From an uncultured delta proteobacterium (GTDB lineage: Bacteria; Desulfobacterota; Binatia; Binatales; Binataceae): a stretch of DNA of 64,000 nucleotides. Shown here piece after piece: positions 47,989 through 56,768 of this stretch (positions are counted from its first letter, which is position 1; every line of letters starts with the position of its first letter). The notes beneath the pieces were generated by a model. The model had not been told where the DNA came from and made no database searches. It saw only the letters and a program-made list of their open reading frames with translations. The position numbers and the translations under genes were made by a program. The stretch spans positions 76,277 to 140,276 of the forward strand of contig CAVZGB010000023.1 in the NCBI GenBank assembly GCA_963774665.1. Reading direction: 5' to 3'.

Positions 47989-49614
47989 TTAAAAGAAGTC
48001 GTGGTCGCCTTCGGGCGTCCAGGACACTCCGCGCAGCACCTCGCCGAAGCCCGCGCTGCGCACCGTGTGGAAGCTTTCAGACGCCGGCAGAGTCGTTGCG
48101 GCCAGGCTATCGGTGATCGCAACCAGCTTGTTCGGATCCGCGCCCTGGTCGCCATTTCCGCTGACCGTCGAGGTGATCGCATAGATAGTAGCGGTGCCGT
48201 CCCGGTGCACGATCCCGGTCAGGTTGCGCAGTCCATCAGTCTCCGGCGCCCATGGAAGGCCCGTCGCAGGATTAGTTCCTGTCGGGTAGCCAGGGACGAT
48301 GTACTGCACGCCGAGTCCCAGACCGTTTTGCAAAGTATAAGCGAGATTCCAGCTGCTGGTCGCCGAGTTGAAGACCCACTTCTCAAGGCCCGCGAAGCCA
48401 TCCGTCGCGGCGTCGGCAAGGGTTCCATCGCCCTCATCTGCCACGTAGAGAGTGCTAGCGTTTGCGAACCATATTCCGAAAGGAAAGGAGGTAGTAGAAG
48501 TCTTGGCCAGCGTCGTATTGAAGCCGCTCAGGATGCACATGTTGTTCGGCAGACCCAAGGTTGCAACAGTTGCGGGATTGTAGCTAAGTGGCGTCATCGG
48601 CAAAGTCGCGGATGGCGAAGGGAGACCGACACCATTCGGGCATGCCGAGCGTGTGGTATCGACAAAGTAGACGGTGTCGATGCCGTTACCGCCGCTGCCC
48701 TTGGTGTAATAGACAACGTTGTTGAAAATCGTCAGGCCGCGGAAGTTGTCGTCCTTGCCGACCTTGTCGGGCTTCTTGTTGGCGGGCAGTTCGGTGATAT
48801 TGAAACTGGCTAGAGGCGTGGGCGTTCCCGGATTCTGCGTCAACAGCGGAATATCCTCGGGCGAGATAAACTGAGCGCCAGCTCCCAAAATGATGCCGAC
48901 CGGCTGAGGATTACCGCCGTTACCGGCATTGCCAGCGGTGTAGTAGGCGTCGATGTCGTCATTCAGGATTGCGGCGCGACCATTGTTCCCACTGTAAGCG
49001 TTGGTCGCCGTGAACTGGAAACGGCCCCACTGATCGACCTGCGCTACCGCGCGAAAAACACTTTCGGAAACCGGATTCGTCGGATCGATAACTCCGGGAG
49101 TGTTAGAGTTGGAAACGTCCAGCGCGTCTATTGGGGAAACGTAGCCCATAAAAGTCAGGAACTTTCGATCGGTCGATAGGTTCAGCGCCAGCTCAGATTT
49201 CGAGCTGAAACTGGTAACTACCGGACCTCGCTCAAACGGGGATCCGGAGTTTGAATTAGGCACCTCGAGCGTCCCAAACGAAAGCCTGAAGGGAGTTATC
49301 TGATCGAGGAAGATCTTCGATGTGATCCCGAAACTGCTGTCCACCACGTCATTGTTGAAGACCTGCGGATATGTCCCGTTATTTGTCGCGACGCCGCATC
49401 CGGTGGTGCAGCCAGGGGGCAGAGTCTCGCCCACGCTAACGTTGTTGGGGTTGTTGTCGTAAACGCTGCGGCTGACTACAAGGTTGCCGGGGATAAAGAA
49501 AAAGAAATGCTGATCGAATGCATAGGCCGAGGCGCTCACAAGAGCTATCAGCACGACTGCCACGAAACTGAATGAGCCATGCAGACGCGGCTTCCTTCTC
49601 GAGGTCTTGTCCAA
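47989..49614 (-). CDS. secreted beta-rich hypothetical protein
   Basis: 541-aa ORF with signal peptide; Asn/Gly/Thr-rich repeats (SKSELALNLS, YSGNNGRAA, FPFGIWFAN..TLYVADEG). Confidence 0.82.
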   Translation of the reverse strand: MDKTSRRKPRLHGSFSFVAVVLIALVSASAYAFDQHFFFFIPGNLVVSRSVYDNNPNNVSVGETLPPGCTTGCGVATNNGTYPQVFNNDVVDSSFGITSKIFLDQITPFRLSFGTLEVPNSNSGSPFERGPVVTSFSSKSELALNLSTDRKFLTFMGYVSPIDALDVSNSNTPGVIDPTNPVSESVFRAVAQVDQWGRFQFTATNAYSGNNGRAAILNDDIDAYYTAGNAGNGGNPQPVGIILGAGAQFISPEDIPLLTQNPGTPTPLASFNITELPANKKPDKVGKDDNFRGLTIFNNVVYYTKGSGGNGIDTVYFVDTTRSACPNGVGLPSPSATLPMTPLSYNPATVATLGLPNNMCILSGFNTTLAKTSTTSFPFGIWFANASTLYVADEGDGTLADAATDGFAGLEKWVFNSATSSWNLAYTLQNGLGLGVQYIVPGYPTGTNPATGLPWAPETDGLRNLTGIVHRDGTATIYAITSTVSGNGDQGADPNKLVAITDSLAATTLPASESFHTVRSAGFGEVLRGVSWTPEGDHDFF

Positions 49615-49700
49615 CTTTGATTTTTTCCTGCACGACGTATTTCTCCACTGCGCCAGCGCGATGACGATGTCAGTATCCGCCGAAATCCGCCGCGGGTCGA

Positions 49701-49980
49701 GTTGAGCATTTCATCTGACAGCGAAAAAGTTCCGGGGAGGTAAATCCACCAAGGATTCACCTCCCCAGCGCGAACGATTAACTCGCTCTCTTAAAAGAAT
49801 TCGTGATCGGCTTCAGGCGTCCACGACACTCCGCGCAGCACCTCGCCGAAGCCCGCACTGCGCACCGTGTGGAAGCTTTCAGACGCCGGCAGAGTCGTTG
49901 CGGCCAGGTTATCGGTGATCGCAACCAGTGAAACTGAATGAGCCACGCAGACGCGGCTTTCTACTCGAAGTCTTGTCCAT
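49701..49980 (-). pseudogene. internally deleted tandem copy of 47989..49614 plus its downstream region
   Basis: GGAGGAG-ATG MDKTSSRKPRLRGSFSF joined directly to LVAITDNLAA...DHEFF; 49701-49928 repeats 47898-48126. Confidence 0.9.
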
Positions 49981-50154
49981 TTCACACTCCTCCCAGAGGT
50001 AAAAATTGTCCTCGGGAAAATAGACAAGCCGCGTTACAACTGTTCGATGGATATCTTAAGCGTCGATTGCCTTAAGACAATCTATTGTTAAGGTTCGTTG
50101 CGCGCTAGTCGTCCATTTGGCGGCGGCCGCGTCTTTAGTAGTGAGTACCCTTCC

Positions 50155-50929
50155 CTACTTACCGACGAACTTCGGCGCGCGCTTTTGCTGAAAGGCTGTG
50201 ATGCCTTCCTTGTAGTCCGCGGTCCGTCCCGCGGCGCCTTGCGCTTGCGCTTCAAGCTTCAGAACCGCGAACAGGCCCAACGCCTCTTCATCGATCCTGC
50301 GCACCAGGCGCTTCGACTGCATGAAGGCCGCGGTCGGTCCTTGTGCAACCTGCGCCGCGATCTTCCGAGTCTCCGCGACCAGCGAATCTTTCGGCATGCT
50401 CGCGATTCACCAGTCCCAGTTGCGAGGCTTCGACGCCTGAAAGCAGACGTCCAGTGTAGATCAGCTCGAGCGCGCGATGTGTTCCCAGGCGCGAGACGAA
50501 AAACGAATGGCCACCAGAGTCGAGTACCGCACCGATACGCGCGAATGGCGATCCAATCTTCGCGTCGTCGGCGACATAGACAACGTCGCATCCCAGCGCG
50601 AGGCCGAGGCCTACTCCCAGGCACGCACCATGAACGGCTGCGAAAGTCGGCGCCGGGAACGAGACGATTCGCTTGATCAGCGGATTGAACGTCGTTTCGA
50701 TTATCGCTTCGGCATCTTCGTCGCCCGGATGTGCGTCCGCGAGGTCGCGGCCCGCCGAGAACGCCAGCCCCTCGCCCCGAATCATCATCGCGCGCACGCC
50801 TTGCGACGCCGCGCGCTCGAGGGCACCGTTGAGTTCGGCGACCATCGCGTCGTTCAAGGCGTTCATCTTGTCCGGCCGGTTGAGAACGATTTCCGCAAGC
50901 CCATTTTCGACCGACAAATCGACGCTCAT
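50155..50929 (-). CDS. enoyl-CoA hydratase/isomerase, PaaG-like (frameshift near 50398)
   Basis: LNRPDKMNAL, FSAGRDL, FARIGAVLDSGG, TADYKEGITAFQQKRAPKF. Confidence 0.88.
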
Positions 50930-50949
50930 ATTCGTGGCCTCTGAGTTTG

Positions 50950-51972
50950 TTAGAACACGGGGATGATGTCGTCGGCGGTTATATCGCCGACATCAACTCC
51001 CTCGATATCAAGTTCGGGGATCGCGGGGAACTGGATGTCCCATCGCTCGACCAGCTTGCGCACCCGCGCGATTGCAAGGCGCCAGTTGTCGGCCTGCTGC
51101 TCGTAGGTGAGGATGCCGAGTCCCGCTTCGCGCGCTGTGCGCAACAAGATCCGATGGTTGTGCAGGAAGTAGCCGGGCAAATCCCAGAACTGCGCCGGTG
51201 GCTCCCAGAGCACCATCGAGAGGAACACGAACCCTGCGCGGAGCTGCTTGGTGATGAAAGTCTTGTGCTCCTCGGTGAGACCCGGCCACTCCTTCTCGAG
51301 CAGGTTGATACAAATCTGCAGATGCCGCGCTTCGTCGCGTCCGATTTTGGTGAAGATTTCGCGGAACACCGGATGCGTCGTGGCGTGCGCCATGCCGTGG
51401 AACAGCGTCGATGAAGCCACTTCGCCCATCATGAACGAAGTGAAGATCACTGCCAGCGGATAGCGATCGATCGCGCGATTGTAACCAGTCCAGTAGCGGC
51501 CACCGTTATGATACAGCCAGCCAATATTGTTGAGCGCGACGCGCTGCAGTTCGCTGGTGGGCGTAAAGCCTTGCGGCCCGTTCGGCACCAGGCGCTGGAT
51601 CACGCGCTGGCAAGTTTCCTCGTGATTGGTTTCGTCGCGGGTGATCGAGAAGAAGCATTTGCGGACCGGATCTTCCTCGTGCATCTCCCACGCATGAATC
51701 GTCGCGCGCGCAAACACCGCCGGCCCCGACGAGTCGAAGTTCGAAAGCAGCGCCCACCAGTACATGATCGCGACCTTCTCGTCGTCGCTCCAGGCTTCAG
51801 GCGAAAGCTCGCTCCAGTTGATGTCCGATGGATTGAAACCCTCGCGCTTGGCACGCTCGTAAATCTCAGCGAGCTTCGGAGTCTCGCATCGCCATTCGAT
51901 TGGAAAGATATTCGGCTGGGCAACTGCAGGCGCCTCGACCAGGCCGCCTGCCGGAATCTCGAATTCGCTCAT
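50950..51972 (-). CDS. ferritin-like di-iron protein of unknown family
   Basis: FD...RDETNH...MGE...RDEARH ligand spacing; AGGAG RBS. Confidence 0.82.
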   Translation of the reverse strand: MSEFEIPAGGLVEAPAVAQPNIFPIEWRCETPKLAEIYERAKREGFNPSDINWSELSPEAWSDDEKVAIMYWWALLSNFDSSGPAVFARATIHAWEMHEEDPVRKCFFSITRDETNHEETCQRVIQRLVPNGPQGFTPTSELQRVALNNIGWLYHNGGRYWTGYNRAIDRYPLAVIFTSFMMGEVASSTLFHGMAHATTHPVFREIFTKIGRDEARHLQICINLLEKEWPGLTEEHKTFITKQLRAGFVFLSMVLWEPPAQFWDLPGYFLHNHRILLRTAREAGLGILTYEQQADNWRLAIARVRKLVERWDIQFPAIPELDIEGVDVGDITADDIIPVF

Positions 51973-51991
51973 CGGCTTTATCTCCTGATCT

Positions 51992-52021
51992 AATCTACCT
52001 ACCATTTGGTTGATTTGTCAA
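51992..52021 (-). promoter_or_regulatory. internal sigma-70 promoter with an overlapping palindrome
   Basis: TTGACA-N18-TAGATT on the minus strand; the spacer is ATCAACCA-AA-TGGTAGGT. Confidence 0.65.
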
Positions 52022-52627
52022 AAGCCGTCGTCCGGTGCCTTGATCCATCCCCTCGAACGCAATCCGGAAGACTGCCTCGGCCACCTCAGGCGCATCGAGG
52101 TCGCCGCCCGTCCGGTACCATTCTGTGATCGAATTCAGCATTCCGAACAGCAGCCGCGTTGCGAGCCGCGGCTCGACGTCGTCGCGCAAATCGCCCTGCC
52201 GCTGCGCGTTACGCATCAGACGCGCAATCAGGTGGTCAAACGCGCGGCGCCGCTGCATGATCCGCCGCTCGACGGGAGTGTTGCCGCGTACGCGCAGCAG
52301 GAGAGCCACTTCGGGCAACTGCTCGACCGTGATCTCGATTGTGCGATGCACGATGTACCTGAGACGCGCTTCCGCGCGGCCCCGCTTTGCCGGCCGCTCG
52401 TCGAGCACTGCGAACAGAGCGTCGAGCGCGCGTCCGACGCCGCGCGCCAGCAGTTCTTCCTTGCTGCGAACATGGTAGTAGATGCTGGCCTTGGTGATTC
52501 CCGCTGCGCGGGCGACGTCGTCGAGCGTGCTGCCGTCGTACCCGCGCTCGCGAAATACACGCACTGCCACGTCGAGAATCGCGTCGAGATTGTAAGGCTT
52601 GCGCTGCCTGGCGGGTGGACGGCCCAC
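51995..52627 (-). CDS. TetR family regulator (PaaR-like)
   Basis: FRERGYDGSTLDDVARAAGITKASIYYHVRSKEELL; GGAGG plus GTG start. Confidence 0.92.
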   Translation of the reverse strand: MGRPPARQRKPYNLDAILDVAVRVFRERGYDGSTLDDVARAAGITKASIYYHVRSKEELLARGVGRALDALFAVLDERPAKRGRAEARLRYIVHRTIEITVEQLPEVALLLRVRGNTPVERRIMQRRRAFDHLIARLMRNAQRQGDLRDDVEPRLATRLLFGMLNSITEWYRTGGDLDAPEVAEAVFRIAFEGMDQGTGRRLLTNQPNGR

Positions 52628-52657
52628 GGTTTGTCGCCTCCGATGGCCGAGTAGTTT

Positions 52658-52684
52658 GACTGGATGCGCGCGCGCTTGCCAGTC
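52658..52684. promoter_or_regulatory. inverted repeat between the divergent tetR and LLM genes
   Basis: GACTGG-N15-CCAGTC. Confidence 0.4.
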
Positions 52685-52722
52685 TTTCTTCAGTGTCAGT
52701 GATCTCGCCAGGAGGAATCGTG

Positions 52723-53550
52723 ATGAAATTTGGAATCGCAATCCGCAACATGGGTCCGCAATCCAATCGCACCACGATTCGCGCATGCGCACGAATCGCG
52801 GAGCAAGCCGGTTTCGACGCGCTCTTCTTATCGGATCATTTGTGCATCCCGCCCGACCAGACCGAAGGTTCCGGCGGACGCTACCTCGACGTGCTCGCCA
52901 CATTGGCTTTCATTGCCGGAGCGACCGAGAAAATCCGGCTCGGCGTTTCGGTGCTGGTCGTTCCTTATCGGCCCGCCGTGTTGACTGCGAAGCAGGTCGC
53001 GACGATCCAGGAACTATCGGGCGAACGAATGATTCTCGGCATCGGCGTGGGATGGATGAAGCCTGAGTTCGATGCGCTCGGGGTCGAGTTTCGCCGTCGC
53101 GGAGCAATTACCAATGAAACATTGAACGTGATCTATCATCTGTTCAGCGCTGATGTGCCGGGTGCATACAATGGCAAGCTGGTGAAGTTTCCGTCGTTCG
53201 TTTTCCTGCCGAGACCCAAGCGCCCGACCATCTGGATTGGCGGCAATGGGCCGGCTGCGATGACTCGCGCGGTCAAGTTCGGCGACGGCTGGCATCCGAT
53301 GCTGCCCGCGACGGAACTTAAAGCAAAAGTTGAAGAATTGCATGCCGGCGCTCTCGCAGCCGGACGCGCCGTTTCCGAGATCATCGTCCGTCGAGGACTC
53401 AAGCTCGACGACACGGCCGCGGCGCGCGCAAAAGTCGCAGCCGAGCAGGAAGCCGGCGCGACCTACTTCATTCTGGACTTGGGGCGCTATCCGGATGAGC
53501 AATCATTCGGCAAATCGGTCGAGACATTCATGGCGAAGGTCGCCAACTAG
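52723..53550 (+). CDS. LLM-class flavin/F420-dependent oxidoreductase
   Basis: GFDALFLSDH, VLVVPYRPAVLTAK, GIGVGW, IWIGG, GDGWHP. Confidence 0.9.
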   Translation: MKFGIAIRNMGPQSNRTTIRACARIAEQAGFDALFLSDHLCIPPDQTEGSGGRYLDVLATLAFIAGATEKIRLGVSVLVVPYRPAVLTAKQVATIQELSGERMILGIGVGWMKPEFDALGVEFRRRGAITNETLNVIYHLFSADVPGAYNGKLVKFPSFVFLPRPKRPTIWIGGNGPAAMTRAVKFGDGWHPMLPATELKAKVEELHAGALAAGRAVSEIIVRRGLKLDDTAAARAKVAAEQEAGATYFILDLGRYPDEQSFGKSVETFMAKVAN

Positions 53551-54788
53551 ATCACTTTGTCGCGGCGCAGTGATTCGAGGTCGTCCGCGCTGACTCCCAG
53601 CATCTCGCGATAGACACGATCGTTATCGTGCCCGATGGGCACCGAGCCGCGCACGATTTTCCCCGGCGTCAGTGAGAACTTTGGCGCGACGCCGATGCCT
53701 TTAACTTTGCCCACCTGCTCGTCTTCCCATTCGACGTGCACTCCGCGCGCGCGGTATTGCGGGTCCTCGGCGATGTCCCTGCTCGTCATGATCGGCGAGC
53801 ACGGCACGTTGGCGTTTGTCATCGCCGTCACGACGTCCTTCACCGTGCGCTCGGAGATCCATCCGCGCAGAATCGCGTCGAACTCGATTCCTTCGATCGA
53901 TTCGAGTTGCGTGCGCGCCGTTTCCCATTTCGGGTCGGCAGGATCGAGACCGATCACTCGCAGCAGTCGCGCATAGACGTCGCCGATCGCGCCCATCACG
54001 ACCCATCCGTCGATTGCCTGGAACGAGTCGAGCGGCTGGAATCCCTGCGCGCGATTTCCGGATCGCTCGCGAACGATACCGTTCTGAAAGTACTCGACCA
54101 TCGTGCCGCCGAGCGTTTTGTGAATCGCCTCGTACTGCGCCACGTCGATCGATTGACCCTTGCCTGTAGTGCGCGCGTAGGTCAGCGCCGCGAGCGACGA
54201 CCACATCGTGAACAGCGCGGTAATGTAGTCGCCGGTCCATGGCGCTGCGCGAGTCGGCGGAGTCGGATCGGGAAACCCGGTCTGGCTCATCATGCCGCCG
54301 ACCGCCTGCCCAACCACGTCGTACGACGCGCGATGGACGTAGTCGGGATCGCCGCTTTGCCCGAAGCCCGAGACGTGAGTGATCACCAGCTTCGGATTAA
54401 CCTTCCATATCGTAGTGTCGTCGAGGTTCCATTTTTTGCAGGTGCCCGGCTTGGAGCTTTCCATCCAGATGTCGGCGCGCGCGATCAGCTTCAGGAAGAT
54501 TTCGCGGCCACGCGGCTTTGACAGATCGAGCGAGATGCAAAATACGTTGCGGCGTTCCTGTATCCAGGTAGTAGCGACGGCGGATTTGCCGTCCTTGGTC
54601 GCGAGCCTGATGCCGATATTGCGCCATCCGACGTCGCCAATTCCAGGACGCTCGATCTGGATCACTTCGGCACCCATCTCGGCCGCGAGCTCGGCGGCGA
54701 ATGGCTGCGCGATCAAAGTCCCGGTCGAGACGATTTTCACGCCCTGCAGCGGTCCGAATTTTTCAGTAACGAGATTTTCAATGCCCAT
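53547..54788 (-). CDS. family III CoA-transferase (CaiB/BaiF-like)
   Basis: KFGPLQGVKI, MGAEVIQIE, SGFGQSG, catalytic Asp in PWTGDY. Confidence 0.92.
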   Translation of the reverse strand: MGIENLVTEKFGPLQGVKIVSTGTLIAQPFAAELAAEMGAEVIQIERPGIGDVGWRNIGIRLATKDGKSAVATTWIQERRNVFCISLDLSKPRGREIFLKLIARADIWMESSKPGTCKKWNLDDTTIWKVNPKLVITHVSGFGQSGDPDYVHRASYDVVGQAVGGMMSQTGFPDPTPPTRAAPWTGDYITALFTMWSSLAALTYARTTGKGQSIDVAQYEAIHKTLGGTMVEYFQNGIVRERSGNRAQGFQPLDSFQAIDGWVVMGAIGDVYARLLRVIGLDPADPKWETARTQLESIEGIEFDAILRGWISERTVKDVVTAMTNANVPCSPIMTSRDIAEDPQYRARGVHVEWEDEQVGKVKGIGVAPKFSLTPGKIVRGSVPIGHDNDRVYREMLGVSADDLESLRRDKVI

Positions 54789-54875
54789 GGTTCCGGCGAT
54801 GATGCCTGTTTTTGTCCGGCGGGAGCAACATGTTCTAACAGGGACGAAGTCCCGCATCCTTTCCTATCAATGGGT

Positions 54876-54933
54876 GCAGGGGTCGCCCTTGCCGAAGGAA
54901 GTGTGAAACCCATCGCGGGTTTCACGTCTAATT
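54876..54933. repeat. 57-bp double-hairpin dispersed repeat, copy 2
   Basis: near-identical to 1467-1523. Confidence 0.85.
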
Positions 54934-55044
54934 AAATGAATTTGAACGCCCGCCGCCCGCTGATTGCATGCAGTTCAGGGATAGCGTTTTCCGATGCGAC
55001 GTTGCGGGCTATTATTTAATGAGCATATTGGTTCCAAGGGCGCC

Positions 55045-56376
55045 GTGAATTCACCTCTAGCTCTTCTCAAAAGCGATTCCCTCAACCGACGCGAACTTAC
55101 GTTCAAGGCTCTTGCGGGCCTGTGCGGCGGCGCGATTGGATGGCTGCCGGTCGAGCTCGCCTCGCACAACTCTCATCTCGGCGAGGCCCAGACGACGGGT
55201 GCACTTGTCGCGTACTACGTATCGGCCGCGATTGCTGCAGGCGCGATTGGCGCGTTTATCACCGCAGTAGACACGTCCGAGCTTCGAATAACGCCGGAGA
55301 CCCAGCGGCGCTTCATCCGCGGATTTTTGATCTGCGCGGGGCTGTCGGTGGTCTCGACCTGGCTCGGAAATCTGGTCTTCAACTGGGTCTTGCTAGCCGG
55401 CGGGGTCGGCTTCAGCCCGAATGGCGAGCTGGTTTCGGGGTCGATCGTCACTCTCGTTATCGCGAGATTGATGGGATGGGCGATCGACGGAGCGCTGGTG
55501 GGCGCCGGCGTGGGATTGGCGACGCTCACGATGGACAACGTCCCCAAGGGCGCGGTCGGCGGACTGGTGGGCGGAGCCGTCGGCGGAATCGCCTTCGACT
55601 TGATCGGCGCGATCGCCGGTGGCGGTCTGGCGTCGCGATTCTTTGGCGAAGCGGTCACCGGCCTTGCGATCGGATTGTTCATCGGGCTGGTACAGGAGCT
55701 GACCAAGGCCGCATGGGTCACGGTCGAGCAGGGACGACTGCGCGGGCGCCAGTATCGAATCGAAGGCGCGCGCGCGACGATTGGGCGCGCCGAGGAAAAT
55801 CCGGTCGGCCTGTTCGGCGATCCGTCGGTACAGCAGCGGCATGCGGTGATCGAGCGACGCGGCGCCGACTACGTGATCAGAAATATCGCCGTCCAGGAAG
55901 GCACCTTCGTCAACGGTAAGCGAATCGAAACCGTGGATTTGCACGACGGAGACAGAATCAACATTGGCGGCTACGAAATGATGTTCCATCTGCGCGGGAC
56001 ATCGGCGCCCGCGCGCCAGCAAGCGTCACTCTCGGCAGACGCGGTGAATCCCGCGCACATCGCCACGCGGCTGGCAGGAGCAAACGCGAAAGTCGACGGG
56101 CCGAGCCTGATCGATGCGTCGGGGCAGGCCTACCCTGTCCGCGCCGGGACGGTTACGCGCATCGGCCGCGCACTCGACAATGAGATCGTCGTGAGTCATT
56201 CGTCGATTTCACGGCATCACGCAAGTATCGAAAATTCCAACGGCTCATTCGTGGTGCGAGACCTCAACAGCCAGAACGGAACGTTCGTCGGCAGTCGACG
56301 CGTGACCGAGCCGACCCGGGTGAACGACGGCGAGGCCGTACGCTTCGGCGACGCGCAGTTTACCTTCCGTGGCTGA
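55045..56376 (+). CDS. multi-pass membrane protein with two C-terminal FHA domains
   Basis: Gly-rich TM helices; IGRAEEN...RHAVI...GTFVNG and IGRALDN...SISRHHA...DLNSQNGTFV. Confidence 0.88.
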   Translation: MNSPLALLKSDSLNRRELTFKALAGLCGGAIGWLPVELASHNSHLGEAQTTGALVAYYVSAAIAAGAIGAFITAVDTSELRITPETQRRFIRGFLICAGLSVVSTWLGNLVFNWVLLAGGVGFSPNGELVSGSIVTLVIARLMGWAIDGALVGAGVGLATLTMDNVPKGAVGGLVGGAVGGIAFDLIGAIAGGGLASRFFGEAVTGLAIGLFIGLVQELTKAAWVTVEQGRLRGRQYRIEGARATIGRAEENPVGLFGDPSVQQRHAVIERRGADYVIRNIAVQEGTFVNGKRIETVDLHDGDRINIGGYEMMFHLRGTSAPARQQASLSADAVNPAHIATRLAGANAKVDGPSLIDASGQAYPVRAGTVTRIGRALDNEIVVSHSSISRHHASIENSNGSFVVRDLNSQNGTFVGSRRVTEPTRVNDGEAVRFGDAQFTFRG

Positions 56377-56710
56377 AGCTGATTTCGAAAACCCTCGATT
56401 CTGTTCGCGATGCGGTCAGCCGATCGTCGTCGCCGAGGCGAGCTTCTGCAAATCCTGCGGCGCGCCGGTAACACGTTTCCCGTTGCTGCGCCGAACTCCG
56501 GGTTTCAACCCGGTCCTGGCGCTAATTTTGAGCATCGTCCCCGGCGTCGGACACATCTACCGCGGCAAGCCGTTCAAGGGGATCATGTGGTTTTTTTTCG
56601 TGTCGATAGCTTACGGAATGGGCCCGGCTTTCGGTATCCTGATTCACATCATATGCGCGGCCAATGCCGCCTTCTCGGACGCGATCCGCGAAGACATGCT
56701 GGCGCGATGA
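56369..56710 (+). CDS. zinc-ribbon membrane protein (TM2-like)
   Basis: CSRC...CKSC followed by LILSIVPGVGHIYRG. Confidence 0.78.
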   Translation: MAEADFENPRFCSRCGQPIVVAEASFCKSCGAPVTRFPLLRRTPGFNPVLALILSIVPGVGHIYRGKPFKGIMWFFFVSIAYGMGPAFGILIHIICAANAAFSDAIREDMLAR

Positions 56711-56768
56711 TCCCAGACGCCAGCGGGCTGCTATAAAACTGTGTAATGGTTAGATTCTGACTGCAGGG

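Noticed and set aside
47898-49707. GTTGAGC (GTTRRRY) at both repeat boundaries as integron core sites
   Set aside because: No attC-like RYYYAAC...GTTRRRY dyad, the gene orientation is wrong for a cassette, and there is no integrase
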